Below are positions 47,485 to 58,382 of a DNA stretch of 64,000 bases, piece after piece (the first letter of the stretch is position 1; the number at the start of each line of letters is the position of its first letter). The stretch lies in contig CBDBDQ010000005.1 of assembly GCA_965203905.1 (NCBI GenBank), positions 5,792,001 through 5,856,000 of the forward strand. The letters run 5' to 3'. A program made the position numbers and the translations under genes. Source of the stretch: Spirochaetia bacterium. Lineage in GTDB: Bacteria > Spirochaetota > Spirochaetia > SZUA-6 > Bin103. The notes under the pieces are model-generated. The model had not been told where the DNA came from and ran no database searches. It saw nothing but the letters and a program-made list of their open reading frames with translations.

Positions 47485-48243
47485 TCATCGTACCTTTCGT
47501 GGAGCGTTCAGTACTCCTTTCTCATAGCCGTAATCCGCCGCGAGCGATGATTCGTCGCGCCATGACCGAATTCCGTTTTCACGCTCTTTGGTGTAATTTG
47601 AAAGGCCCGAACAGTTCTGCGCAAGCACTTCGAATACCTTATTCGCAACTACCAAATGGCCGATATCATTGGCATGAACGCCGTCGAAGTGCACCAGCCA
47701 GTCAGCGTTGTCGTAGGTGGCCAGGAGGTCTACGTAAAGGCATTCGTGTAGTTGCGCTACAATGGCGGTTATCTTGTTGTAGCCGTGGAATGACTCGATT
47801 GTGCCCCGAGTCCAGTCCACGTCGAATCTGGTGTTCAAGTAAGGTCCTAACAGCACGATAAGCGGTTTGATCGCACGCCGGATCTGGTTGATGATTTTCT
47901 CCATCTCTTCAGCAAAGAGCCATAGAGATGTCCCCCCACGGGCGTCATTTATGCCATAACTGATAATAAGGAGGTCCGGTTTCTGGGCGACGACGTGTCG
48001 CTCCAGCCGCTCGCTGGCGGCGGGTTTCCCACTCCTCCCATAATAGGGACTTCTAATAGAAATCAGATTCGCTCCAACACCCGCATTGAACAGCTCGGCA
48101 GGGGCCGACTGAACACTGTTGATTAGCGCCATGAGCCTTTCTGCCCAGCACCGTTCCCGAGAACTGGCCCAGCCGCCCGCGGTAGTACTCTCTCCGAGCG
48201 CTACGACCTTTCTGAATTCTTTGTTCCACCAATCTCGTTTCAT
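47485..48243 (-). CDS. SGNH/GDSL hydrolase (possible carbohydrate esterase)
   Basis: LGEST, NAGVG, YGIND and DGVH blocks. Confidence 0.88.
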   Translation of the reverse strand: MKRDWWNKEFRKVVALGESTTAGGWASSRERCWAERLMALINSVQSAPAELFNAGVGANLISIRSPYYGRSGKPAASERLERHVVAQKPDLLIISYGINDARGGTSLWLFAEEMEKIINQIRRAIKPLIVLLGPYLNTRFDVDWTRGTIESFHGYNKITAIVAQLHECLYVDLLATYDNADWLVHFDGVHANDIGHLVVANKVFEVLAQNCSGLSNYTKERENGIRSWRDESSLAADYGYEKGVLNAPRKVR

Positions 48244-48434
48244 GACTATGCTCTCCCGAGGTTATGGGATACGAAGGCAGTACTCTCCTGCGCCCGCAGT
48301 AGCGGCAGACCAAAGCTTGGTGCAGCGAATACTCAATGTGCGCCCGTCGGATTATACCTATGAAATAGAGGGAGCGACGGAGACGCCGCTCCCTTGTTAT
48401 ACGCTGAATATTAAGCGCTACCTGGAGCTATGCG

Positions 48435-50135
48435 CTACTTACCTCCCAATACCTCGTCAACGATCGGAGCTTTCTCGAGCTCGGCAAGCAACTGGTTACC
48501 TCCGCTACCGCGCCAACGTTCCACGTAGGCATCCCACTCAGCGTCTATGTCGATTTCCCCGGTAATACCTTTGAAGAAGAACTCATTCTGTAGGGTGGTG
48601 AGGGTTGCCCCGTGATCTATTATTACATCGTTAAACCCGGTCTCGGTGAACACGTCATACCTGTACGGACGCAGAGTAACACTTCGACCGGCATCTGTGA
48701 GGAGATAGGACGTATAGAAGTCGGCCAAATGCTTCGGATGCGTGAACTTTATCCGCCTGGTTAAGTTTGCGTGCAGAGCGAAAGTGCCCAGGCCCCCGTC
48801 CTTGGGGTATCCTTCCGGTACCTTATCGTACGCTGTTTTGATCCCCAAGGAGCTCCATGGCTCCCCTTCCCAAGTAAAATGGACATCGGGTTTTCCGTAG
48901 TAAGCACCGATCCAGACCTCATCCTCCCCGTAGAAGGAGTAATCTACGACCTGTAAAATCATTGCGAGCTTGCGATCGTCCACTTCTCTGTTTATCATAA
49001 ACTTATTTCTCAGACCCAATCCCGAATAAGGCTGTAATGACCCTGTTCCGCGGTGCCCGTTTGGCCCTATGGGAGGAGGTAAGATGACAACTTCCGCGCC
49101 ACTTCCAAGTTCCTCATCGGGGACAAAATTGTTGGGCGGTCGATTCACTGCATAGGGCATTCCTGGATAATTTACATTTGCTACCACGGTGCCAATGAGG
49201 CCATTCCCTACTTTTTCGTAGTGCTTCAACCGTTCCAGACTTGGGAACTCCTGGTCGATCAGTCCCATATCATACCAGGCGGCCATTCTTAGCAGGAAAT
49301 CTTTGTACGCCGGAGAAATCGCCCAATGATAAAGTTCTCCATCCACTAAATGATTAAAGTGGTTGAAGAACGAGATTCCGTAAGCTCCCGCGATGGGATC
49401 AAAGCCCCAATGCAGCCACTGGAATGGTCCAAACGGTATGGTGTCGTTCTTTCCGTTTCCATCCGGGTCGCCGTCGCGAAACGCCACCAACAAGTCCTCG
49501 AACCAATCCAACGTGACATCCCTATCATAGAAATAGACTCTGCCGAATCTATCAAGAGATCTCTTCGTCTCCTCGTAGTCGGGAAGCTCGACGCCGACCT
49601 TCCGTGCCCAATCAGCTCTGAAACCCAGGTAGAACAGTCCGGTATTCGAAAAGTCCTCAATAGAGTGAAGGACGAGAACTTCGTCGTCATTATCGGGGTT
49701 GAGAGTATGCGACCACGCGAATGGATAATCGGAATCCAGCAATTCCGAGTAATCTGGCATGTGCTCTCTGATCATATCCTTGGGGATTCCTCTGATCACG
49801 CCATCACGGTACATCTTGACAGGATTCTGATTAACATACCCGGCGTCTGGAAACTCTCCGGAACTTACCATGATCGCAACTTTTTCTCTGTCATAGGGAT
49901 CTACCCCATTTGGTATAATCTCTACATTGAACTTCGTCGCGAGTTCCTGGAGCCACCAGGTGGTGGCTTCACCCGACGCAGGTTTCACTACCCACGAGAT
50001 CTGCATGACCTCGTCGGACTCTAGCGCCTCCCCGGTGCCGGTTGCCGACACCGCCAGAGGAGCGAACAGGATGACAGCAATCACCAACGCCCCCATCCCG
50101 TACCATTTGCTTCTTACCTTCATTTTTTCCTCCAA
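48435..50135 (-). CDS. Carbohydrate ABC substrate-binding protein, paralog 1
   Basis: Signal peptide, SGEFPD, DPDGNGKNDTIP, C-terminal WDAYV..W...GG. Confidence 0.9.
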   Translation of the reverse strand: MEEKMKVRSKWYGMGALVIAVILFAPLAVSATGTGEALESDEVMQISWVVKPASGEATTWWLQELATKFNVEIIPNGVDPYDREKVAIMVSSGEFPDAGYVNQNPVKMYRDGVIRGIPKDMIREHMPDYSELLDSDYPFAWSHTLNPDNDDEVLVLHSIEDFSNTGLFYLGFRADWARKVGVELPDYEETKRSLDRFGRVYFYDRDVTLDWFEDLLVAFRDGDPDGNGKNDTIPFGPFQWLHWGFDPIAGAYGISFFNHFNHLVDGELYHWAISPAYKDFLLRMAAWYDMGLIDQEFPSLERLKHYEKVGNGLIGTVVANVNYPGMPYAVNRPPNNFVPDEELGSGAEVVILPPPIGPNGHRGTGSLQPYSGLGLRNKFMINREVDDRKLAMILQVVDYSFYGEDEVWIGAYYGKPDVHFTWEGEPWSSLGIKTAYDKVPEGYPKDGGLGTFALHANLTRRIKFTHPKHLADFYTSYLLTDAGRSVTLRPYRYDVFTETGFNDVIIDHGATLTTLQNEFFFKGITGEIDIDAEWDAYVERWRGSGGNQLLAELEKAPIVDEVLGGK

Positions 50136-50282
50136 TCGTCTTTTCCGAGAACCACTTACCTATATCTGCATACAGTATCATCACCTCCTCGTGAGCACGT
50201 TAGCGTCACGCTCCCGCCACTCGGACCGCATTACCCATTGTGTTCACTATTGCATCCAAACCTTCTGTTAGCACCATTAATG

Positions 50283-51242
50283 TCAACCTTTGAGGGAACC
50301 CATGAATACACCCTTGATGAAATACCTCTGTAGGAAGGGATAGAGAAAAATTATGGGACCTATGGTCAATATCAGAATCGCCGCGCGTACCGATTCAGTC
50401 GGCAACTCCACCTCCTGTTCCCTGATGAAACTCCCGAGCATCATGTCCAACATCACATGCAACTCCTGAATCAATCTCCGCAAAAGAATCTGAAGTACGA
50501 TTTTAGATTCGCTCTTCATGAATATCAATGCATGGAACCATTCATTCCAATGCCATACCGCGGTCCAGAGAGCGATCACAGCCAGCACCGGCTTGGACAG
50601 CGGAATCACTATCTTTAACAGAATCTGGAAATAATTTGCGCCATCCATAAAGGCCGATTGTTCGTATGCGTCATCTATCGTCATCAGGAAGTTTCTCATG
50701 ATAATGACATAGAATCCCATAGCCATCTCGGGTAGGATAAGGGCCAGTCGCGTATCAATGAGCCCGAGCTTCCTAATGACCAGATACAGAGGGATGATGC
50801 CGCCGCTGAAAAACATGGTAACGATGATGTACAGCGTCAACAGATTCCTTCCCGGAAGCCTTCTCTTGGACAACGGATAAGCTGCCAACAGAGTGCATAG
50901 AACCGTCAGCAACGTGCCCAGTATTGTCCTTACAATGGAGTTGACATAGGCAACACCAACATTGCCATACCTCGAGAACGCAAACTCATACGCAGTCAGA
51001 CTCCACTTTCTTATCCAAATATGAAAACCCAGCGTCGTGGCATCTTCGGCGTCGGAAAACGACAACAGAAGGGTGCTCCACACCGTGTAAAGAATAACGC
51101 TGCTGAAGAGCACCAGAAAGAGATGGTTGAAACTGTCAAAGATGATCTCGCCGGGCGTTCTGCGGCGTAGGAAACGCAGCCACCTCCAGCGTAATCCAGC
51201 AAGTGTAATAGCTCTACCAGACTGCATATTCACCTTCACCAA
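50283..51242 (-). CDS. Carbohydrate ABC transporter permease (MalG-like), copy 2
   Basis: Near-identical to 43937-44896. Confidence 0.92.
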   Translation of the reverse strand: MVKVNMQSGRAITLAGLRWRWLRFLRRRTPGEIIFDSFNHLFLVLFSSVILYTVWSTLLLSFSDAEDATTLGFHIWIRKWSLTAYEFAFSRYGNVGVAYVNSIVRTILGTLLTVLCTLLAAYPLSKRRLPGRNLLTLYIIVTMFFSGGIIPLYLVIRKLGLIDTRLALILPEMAMGFYVIIMRNFLMTIDDAYEQSAFMDGANYFQILLKIVIPLSKPVLAVIALWTAVWHWNEWFHALIFMKSESKIVLQILLRRLIQELHVMLDMMLGSFIREQEVELPTESVRAAILILTIGPIIFLYPFLQRYFIKGVFMGSLKG

Positions 51243-52191
51243 ATCTCTTTATGACTAGGTTCGCGGCTATCAGCAGAACTACCCCAATAACATTCTTGAA
51301 CAATCCCACCGCGGTCGAAAAGTCGAACCGCCTCTCAATGATTCCCACGCGATATACATACGTATCTATGATATCGGCAACCTCGTATACAATGGGGTTA
51401 TACAGGTTGAAAATCTGGTCAAATCCTGCATTCATGATATATCCCACCCTCAGCAGGAGCAGGATGGAGATAATCGGCAGCAAAGAGGGTAAGGTGATAA
51501 ACCGCGCTTGCTTGAGGCGGCTTGCGCCGTCAATCGAGGCGGATTCGTACAATCCTGGGTCAATGGTGGAAATCGCGGCCAGGTACACGACGGTGCTCCA
51601 TCCTACCTCCTTGAATATGTCGGAAATCACCAGGATAGGTCGAAAGTAGGTGGTGCTGGTCAACATGTTGGGCGGTTCGGCCCCGAACAAGGTATATAGA
51701 TACCCAACAATGCCCCGTTGCGGAGACAGAATCTCGATCATGATCGATGCCAGAACCACCCAGGAAAAGAAATGGGGCAGATACGATATCGATTGCGTTA
51801 TTCGCTTGAAGGTGGCATTCCTCAACTCATTGATCAGCAATGCCAACAGTATCGGGGCCGGAAACCCAAACACGATTCGGTACACACTGATGATGATCGT
51901 GTTGCGCAGAATGCGCCCGAAATAGGTGTTGCTGAAGAGCATCTCGAAGTGATGAAAATTGTTCCAGGGACTGCCCAAAATCCCGTCGATAACCCGATAT
52001 TGCTTGAACGCAATAAGGAGACCATACATGGGCATGTAATGGAACACGAAAAAAGCAACGAACGGAACCAGGAAAAAGAGATAGAGGAGCTTCATGCGCT
52101 TCGCGCTATTCCATCGTTCCCTCCTGAGCGTCTTTTGGATGGCGAGCTCGTTGCCGGAACCGTTGTGCTCGATAGAAGCGACGTGGCTCAT
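51214..52191 (-). CDS. Carbohydrate ABC transporter permease (LplB/MalF-like), copy 2
   Basis: Translation matches 44868-45845. Confidence 0.92.
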   Translation of the reverse strand: MSHVASIEHNGSGNELAIQKTLRRERWNSAKRMKLLYLFFLVPFVAFFVFHYMPMYGLLIAFKQYRVIDGILGSPWNNFHHFEMLFSNTYFGRILRNTIIISVYRIVFGFPAPILLALLINELRNATFKRITQSISYLPHFFSWVVLASIMIEILSPQRGIVGYLYTLFGAEPPNMLTSTTYFRPILVISDIFKEVGWSTVVYLAAISTIDPGLYESASIDGASRLKQARFITLPSLLPIISILLLLRVGYIMNAGFDQIFNLYNPIVYEVADIIDTYVYRVGIIERRFDFSTAVGLFKNVIGVVLLIAANLVIKRFGEGEYAVW

Positions 52192-52236
52192 CAGGCGCCT
52201 TTCCTCGGAACTACTCAGGAGGTAGCTCCAAATTGG

Positions 52237-52265
52237 ATGCTACGCCGTCCCTCGGAGAATGTCAA
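52237..52265 (-). promoter_or_regulatory. Sigma70 promoter of ABC cassette copy 2
   Basis: TTGACA-N17-TAGCAT. Confidence 0.65.
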
Positions 52266-52906
52266 CTAGCACTACCACACCCAGCCACACCCCAGCACCT
52301 CTCGGTGAGCGGCTGCTAGCGACGCGGGAGTGAAAGCGGCCCGGCGCCGGTAGAACCCCAGGGTGGAGCCCTGAAGCAAGCGGTTGCCGGCGCCGCCGGG
52401 CGCACACAGCAGTGGCACGGGCCGAGTCTCCAAAGGATGGTTGTCCGGATGCCGACGTCCTGCACAACGATAGCGGCCACCCGATGACCGTCTCCACCAC
52501 ATCCGACGAGGGTTCCCGCCAGTGGCCTCGTGGGCGGCCAGCAGGTCCTGCTGCGGAAAGAATATGATCAACGCCGAAGCAGCTTCATCGCTTCATCCGA
52601 AGGGTCAGTTTACCCTTAAGCTCGGTGCGAACATCCATTTGTCGAGACCGGCGCGGCGGCTTCGGGGAGCCACGGAACGGGCGCACGATCTGCGCGCGGT
52701 CGATCCCTCATTCGCAACGGCCCCCTTGATACGGGACTGGCCGAGAACTGGAATCGGAGCCCTTCAGCGGAAAGGTGTACGACGGCCGCAGCTATGGGCG
52801 AGGGTCCATACGCCGGCTGGGCGCCCCACGACGTTCTCCGGTGCGCCCCGGAGCTACGCCCTTGCGACCCTTGCGACCATACAGTGGCGCGGTTGGGATT
52901 TCGCAG

Positions 52907-54694
52907 CTAAACTCGCCAGTAGCTCCCGCCTATGAAATATCGATCGAACATATTATACCAGTAGACCGTGAAGATCCGCCCATCATCAAGCTCCACAGAA
53001 GCAGGATAGCCGATGTCGGAGTTAGGAAAGTCATCTCTCAGAATACGAACAGGTCCCCAGCTAGCTCCCTCGTCGTTGCTTATCGCTGCTCTAATCCCGT
53101 TGCTTTCGAGCATGGCACTTCGCGGCCGGCCAAGCTTGATTCCGATCTCGTATCCACCCGTAAAGGATGCACTCCCTGCGGTGCCGGAATAGTACCCGAT
53201 CCCATGGAAGTCTCCACGATAGCCGATACTACAGAGCAGTCTACCATCGCCCAACAGCGACAATTCTCCTCTGGCAAAATCGTATAGCGGTGTCTCCCAC
53301 GGATCGCTCCAGGTCGCCCCCTCATCGTCCGAAAACGACTGCCACAGGTTCCCACCCAGCGGCGGTTGGGTTCTCATGATGGCAACTATCCGGCCTGATC
53401 CGGTTCTCGCAAGAGACGGCTCACACGGCCAGGCTGGCGTTCCGGTGTGCGGGTCCTGGGCGCAGATGGTCGAGAGGTACTGCCAACTGTCCCCGCGATC
53501 GTCGGACTTCAATACGGCTGCGGCTTTCGCCTCTCCTCTTGGTGCCACGTTGTCCAGCGGCATGAGGATCCTGCCGTTCGGCAGTTCCAAGCATTTGCAT
53601 TCGGCAATGCTAGTGGCAAAAGGGGCGTGATCCACGTGCACCGGCTCCTGCTCCCAGGTATGTCCCGTATCGTAGGAGCGCAGGACCTCGTTGTGGTAGT
53701 TGGTCTCGGACTCCGGCAGAGGAGTCCCTGTTGCGTCGTACCGGTCGGAATGGACATAGTTCATAAGCAGTGTGCCGTCTCTGAGCTGTATCAGCGAAGG
53801 ATCCCTATGATCCTCGTGTTGCTGTTCGGCGACAACCCGAAACTGTCCCCAGGTACGCCCATTATCCGGTGAGCGAATAGTACAGACCCTACCGTTGCTG
53901 GTAGGCGAAAAGCCGATTCTATGTTCCGGACCCTCTCTAAACGCCACCAGCAGCTCTCCGTTGCTCAGCTTGAGTACATCCGCTTTCATGATGCAGTTTC
54001 GGGGGTGACTCCAGACCACCGTATGCTCGACATCCTGTGAATCCGGAAAGTGATCCCGGTACACCATTCTGGCCAGTGCATTGGTTACGTTTTTGAGCTT
54101 CACGTAGTCTGCTTTCAGGAATGTAATTTCCTCTTCGAGCGCTTCCCGGCTCCTCTGTAGCGTGTCCTTCCGGTCGGTCACCATGAACCAGGTGATGCAG
54201 TCCACTGCTTGCGGCAGGGGCTTGATATCGATGCGCACTTCCTGCCCCGGTTCGATACATCTCGCGGGCACCGTAAGCCGATAGATCCCACAGTTACCCC
54301 GGATCTCCCATTCTCGATGGTAGCCCTCAAGTGGTGTACTGACGCTCTTGGGAATGAACTCCAGCTCAAAGTCCCCTTCTCGCCACTCTGCGGCTCTGCG
54401 GATACCCAAGTGAAAGCTCAGGGCGTGCTCACCATTTATCAATGCCTCGGCTCGATTGCCAAAGACATAGCCGTAGGGCAGATTGGCACTCATCCCTACG
54501 AACGTAAAGACCGTCGTCTCCTTCTTTGGGCAGGCTGCGGTATTCCAGGCCAAACTGTCCTGAGGCCCAATTTTCCACCAGACCTCGGTGCTCCAGCCTT
54601 GCGTTGGTCCTCTGAAATCTGCCAGATGCGGGTTGCTGGCGAAGGAGACAATCGAATCAAATCCTTCCACCTGCTGCAATTCCTCGTTGCTCAT
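52907..54694 (-). CDS. Sialidase-like (BNR/Asp-box) glycoside hydrolase with an extra N-terminal domain
   Basis: Five Asp-boxes SxDxGxxW: SPDNGRTW, SYDTGHTW, SDDRGDSW, SDDEGATW, SNDEGASW; DIGYP. Confidence 0.85.
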   Translation of the reverse strand: MSNEELQQVEGFDSIVSFASNPHLADFRGPTQGWSTEVWWKIGPQDSLAWNTAACPKKETTVFTFVGMSANLPYGYVFGNRAEALINGEHALSFHLGIRRAAEWREGDFELEFIPKSVSTPLEGYHREWEIRGNCGIYRLTVPARCIEPGQEVRIDIKPLPQAVDCITWFMVTDRKDTLQRSREALEEEITFLKADYVKLKNVTNALARMVYRDHFPDSQDVEHTVVWSHPRNCIMKADVLKLSNGELLVAFREGPEHRIGFSPTSNGRVCTIRSPDNGRTWGQFRVVAEQQHEDHRDPSLIQLRDGTLLMNYVHSDRYDATGTPLPESETNYHNEVLRSYDTGHTWEQEPVHVDHAPFATSIAECKCLELPNGRILMPLDNVAPRGEAKAAAVLKSDDRGDSWQYLSTICAQDPHTGTPAWPCEPSLARTGSGRIVAIMRTQPPLGGNLWQSFSDDEGATWSDPWETPLYDFARGELSLLGDGRLLCSIGYRGDFHGIGYYSGTAGSASFTGGYEIGIKLGRPRSAMLESNGIRAAISNDEGASWGPVRILRDDFPNSDIGYPASVELDDGRIFTVYWYNMFDRYFIGGSYWRV

Positions 54695-54808
54695 GAGGCG
54701 TTCTCCTTAGTAGTGCACGTGCTCGTCGAATACTAAACAAAGAGAGCAGCAGAGGCGCCGCTCCCCTTGTCTATACGCTGACTATTCAGAGCTGCCCAGC
54801 GATGTGCG

Positions 54809-56494
54809 CTATCTTCCCTTGACAGCTTCCGCCGCGATCGGAGCCTTCTCTAGCTCGGCGAGGAGCTCGTCACCTCCGCTCGCTTTCCAACGGGCAACAT
54901 AGGAATCCCACTCTGCATTTATGTCGATATCACCGGTAATACTCTTGAAAAAGAACTCATTCTGTATCGTTGTTAGGGTTGCTCCGTGATTCACGATTAC
55001 ATCGTTGAATTTCGTCTCTTCGAAAATATCATACCTGTACGGACGTGTGGTATTCTCTTTACCGGGCTCTGCGAGCAGATACGACGTATAGAAGTCTGCC
55101 ATATGGCGGGGATGAGTGAACTGAATACGTGTCGACAAATTGGCGCTCAGTGCATCACCCCAGCCACCATGTTTGGGATATCCTTCCGCCACCTGATCAT
55201 ACGGTACTCTGATTGGTTTCGAGTTCCAGGGCTCGCCCTCCCAATTGAAATGGACACCCGGTTTTCCATAATAAGCCTGTATCCAGGCTTCATCGTCTCC
55301 GTAGAAGGAATAATCCATGATCTTTAGGATCATTGCGAGCTTATCATCACTCAGCTTCCTGTTAGTGAAGATTCTGTTTCCCCTTCCCAATCCCGAAAAA
55401 GGCTGTAGCGACCCTGTTCCTCGCAACCCTGTGGGGCCTATCGGGGGAGGCATGATGACCACTTCAGCACCAGTTCCAAGCTCATCCTCCGGGACGAAAT
55501 TGTTGGGTGCTCGCTGCATGGCATAAGGCATTCCCGGATAGTTTATATTTGCTGCCACTGCGCCAATGAGTCCATTACCAACCTTTTCATAGTGTTTCAT
55601 CCGTTCCAGACTGGGAAACTCTTGGTCGATCAGACCCATCTCATACCACTTCGCCATGCGTACCAGGAAGTCCTTATATCCCGGCGCAATGGCCCAATAA
55701 TAAAGGGTACCATCCTGAATCAAATTGTAATGGTTGAAGAACGAGATTCCGAAAGCACCCGCAATCGGATCAAAGCTCCAATTCAGCCACTTGAATGGAC
55801 CAAACGGTATCGTGTCGTGCTTTCCATTTCCATCCGGATCGCCGTCTCGAAACGCTACTAAGAGGTCCTCGAACCAATCCAACGTCTGCGCCCTGTCGTA
55901 AAAATAGACTCTACCGAATCTATCAAGAGGAATCTTTATTTGATCGTAGTCTGGAAGGTTGACGCTTACCTTCCGTGCCCAATCGACTCTGAATCCGGGG
56001 TAGAACAGTCCAGTATTTGAAAAGTCCTCAATAGTGTGAATAACGAGAACTTCGTCGTCATTATCTGGGTTGAGACTATGAGTCCATGCGAACGGATAAT
56101 CAGAATCCAGCAATGCTGAATAGTCCGGCATGTGCTCTCTGATCATGCTCTTGGGGATTCCTCGGACGACACCATCCCAATACATCTTGAGCGGGCTCTG
56201 AGCGACATATCCACCGTCTGGGAAATCTCCGGCGCTCACCAGGATTGCCACTCTTTCGTGGTCATAGGCATCTACTCCGTTCGGTATAATCTCCACACCG
56301 AATTTCCTTCCCAGTTCCTGCAGCCACCAAGTGGTGTCCTCCCCCGATGGCGGCTTGAACAGCCACGTGATCTGCATGACCTCGCCGGACTCTGTCGCTT
56401 CGTCCGTGCCGCTTGCGGTCACCGTAAGAGGAGCGATCAAGATGATAGAAATCACCAGCGCTCCCACTACATGCAACTTGCTTTGTTCCTTCAT
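54809..56494 (-). CDS. Carbohydrate ABC substrate-binding protein, paralog 2
   Basis: Colinear paralog of 48435-50135. Confidence 0.9.
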   Translation of the reverse strand: MKEQSKLHVVGALVISIILIAPLTVTASGTDEATESGEVMQITWLFKPPSGEDTTWWLQELGRKFGVEIIPNGVDAYDHERVAILVSAGDFPDGGYVAQSPLKMYWDGVVRGIPKSMIREHMPDYSALLDSDYPFAWTHSLNPDNDDEVLVIHTIEDFSNTGLFYPGFRVDWARKVSVNLPDYDQIKIPLDRFGRVYFYDRAQTLDWFEDLLVAFRDGDPDGNGKHDTIPFGPFKWLNWSFDPIAGAFGISFFNHYNLIQDGTLYYWAIAPGYKDFLVRMAKWYEMGLIDQEFPSLERMKHYEKVGNGLIGAVAANINYPGMPYAMQRAPNNFVPEDELGTGAEVVIMPPPIGPTGLRGTGSLQPFSGLGRGNRIFTNRKLSDDKLAMILKIMDYSFYGDDEAWIQAYYGKPGVHFNWEGEPWNSKPIRVPYDQVAEGYPKHGGWGDALSANLSTRIQFTHPRHMADFYTSYLLAEPGKENTTRPYRYDIFEETKFNDVIVNHGATLTTIQNEFFFKSITGDIDINAEWDSYVARWKASGGDELLAELEKAPIAAEAVKGR

Positions 56495-56635
56495 TTGTTC
56501 CTCCGATCGTCCTTGTTCAGATCAGCTACGCTTCTTATGTGCACATGATATCATCACCTCCCTGTGAGCCGGTAACATCAGGCTCACGCCGACCGCTCCG
56601 CATTACCGTCTTTGCTCATTACCTCACCCGCGCTA

Positions 56636-57040
56636 TCACCGTAGTGTCATCACCGGCGTCGAAGAACGACAACATAAAGGTGCTTCACGCCGTTTGCGGT
56701 CGATGAAAGGCGCCAATCTCCATTGTAGTCCGCGGAGATCGCTGGCGCTCGCAGACTTCAAATTCACCTCTACCGAACCTTTTTTTTGATAACATTCAGG
56801 CCTATGAGCAGGACTAATACACTGATGATGATCGTGTTGACAGGATATTGCTGGAACGCGATAAGGAGGCCAGACATGGCCATGCAATGGAACACAAAGC
56901 AAGCAACGAACGGAACCAGATAGAAGAGGTAGGGGGAGCTTCATACGCTTGGCGCCAGTCCAGCGTTCCCTCCTGAGCGTTTTCTGGGCGGCGATCTCGT
57001 TGCCGGAACCTTTCTACGCGACAGAAGTGACGTGGCTTAC
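56636..57040 (-). pseudogene. Collapsed third copy of the two ABC permease genes
   Basis: Fragments match the permease 5-prime regions (e.g. CGTTCCCTCCTGAGCGT, ACACTGATGATGATCGTGTTG) with deletions and frameshifts. Confidence 0.7.
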
Positions 57041-57083
57041 CAAGCGCCCTTTCTGAAACTACTCAAGGACCGCTCAACACGAA

Positions 57084-57112
57084 ATTCTACGCCCTGCCTC
57101 GGAACGTGTCAA
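57084..57112 (-). promoter_or_regulatory. Sigma70 promoter of ABC cassette copy 3
   Basis: TTGACA-N17-TAGAAT at the homologous position. Confidence 0.6.
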
Positions 57113-57399
57113 CTACTAACTACTACCACCGCAGGGCGGGTGGACGGCCCTCGGCGGGGTGCGGCGCGGTGCAGAGTGATATTTCGCTGGACGGTTGGCG
57201 ACAAACGACGCCCCGAAGCTCGCACCAGGCCATTCAGAGGCAGCTACTACGACACCCGTAGCCCAGTTCGCGGCGCGTGGCGGGGCTGCGGTGGTTCCGA
57301 TCACGGCGTTGAGTGGCGGAAAGAAAACGCGGCCGCGCGCGAACCGCTATGCCGCACGCGGCCAGGGCTGCGTGCGCGAGGCTTGGGTGGGGAGATCAA

Positions 57400-57620
57400 A
57401 CACCTGAGGTGGCGATAGATAGCAACCCGGCGGAGCGCGCCCTGCGCGGCCCGGTGGTGGGGCGCAAGAACGGCTACGGGCCGGGGGCACTGTGGAGTGG
57501 CGCGCTGGCGGTGGCGCTGTTCAGCCTATACGGCATGTTCCGGTTGTGGCACATCGCCTGCGGGTCCGGCTGACCGAGCACCTGAGTGCCTGTGCGACAG
57601 CAGACGGCAAGGCGCCAGCA
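57400..57620 (+). mobile_element. IS66-type transposase C-terminal remnant
   Basis: PEVAIDSNPAERALRGPVVGRKN...WSGALA...FSL. Confidence 0.72.
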
Positions 57621-57707
57621 GCTGGAGAAGCGCTTTTGCATTGGAATCGCGCGCTGGGCACCCGATGAGAGCCTCGCTGACGCCACCGCTGCGGCGCGTT
57701 GCCTGAG

Positions 57708-58070
57708 GTGATGCGTTACTTGGGGCGCGAGTTCAGTGCGCACGAGTTGGAGTTGATCCGCAGCCTGATCGCCCAAGATCCGAGCTGGCATCGGCTGGCC
57801 CTGTCGCGGCTGGTGTGTGAGCGCCTCGACTGGCGGCGTGCCGACGCCCAATTGAAAGACATGAATTTCCGGGTGGCGTTGCTGCTGCTGCGCATGCAGC
57901 GTGACGGATTGATCCGGCTGCCGCCACCGCAACGCGGCAGTGGCAACGGTCAGCTGCGCGGCCGACGTACCCCGCCGGTAGAGCCACAGCTGCCGATCGT
58001 AGCCAGCGTGCAGCCGGATCTGGAACTGCGGCCACCGGCAAGCCGTGCAGAAACCCAGCTAATGGCGTGA
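57708..58070 (+). pseudogene. Truncated DUF4338-like IS-associated protein
   Basis: MRYLGREF...IRSLIA...RLALSRLVCERLDWR...LKDM...GLIRLPPP N-terminus, ending early. Confidence 0.62.
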
Positions 58071-58210
58071 ATACGTGGACCGCTCCAGATCGCACTTGAC
58101 GTGATTACTACACTAACGCCATCCCTAAGGGCCTTCTTCGCCTTTACCACGTAGGAAGTGTTTTGGATGAAGTCTGAGCTATTCCTCGTGGTTGTGCCAA
58201 AGCTACGTGT

Positions 58211-58382
58211 TCATCCGCCGGCGGCCGAGCCGAAGCGGATCTTCTCGCGCGGCGGCGGCAACTGCTGGGCGTCGATCAGCCGGTTCAACTCGTCGATCTC
58301 CGCCCGGCTCAGGACGTCGGGAATGACCATGAAACCGGCCAGGTCGAACAGGTAGCGCCGCATCTCCAGGATCGTGGTCCAT
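58211..58382 (-). pseudogene. Truncated PhyH 5-prime fragment
   Basis: YLFDLAGF...KIRFGSAAGG then a stop; one extra base after ATGGACCACGA relative to copy A. Confidence 0.75.

Noticed and set aside
52272-52900. Possible IS5-like remnant (ARCEHPF motif near 52620)
   Set aside because: Only one short motif; too weak to annotate.
57708-58070. Druantia defence system (DUF4338/DruA similarity)
   Set aside because: Truncated, adjacent to an IS66 fragment, and no DruE helicase or other partners.
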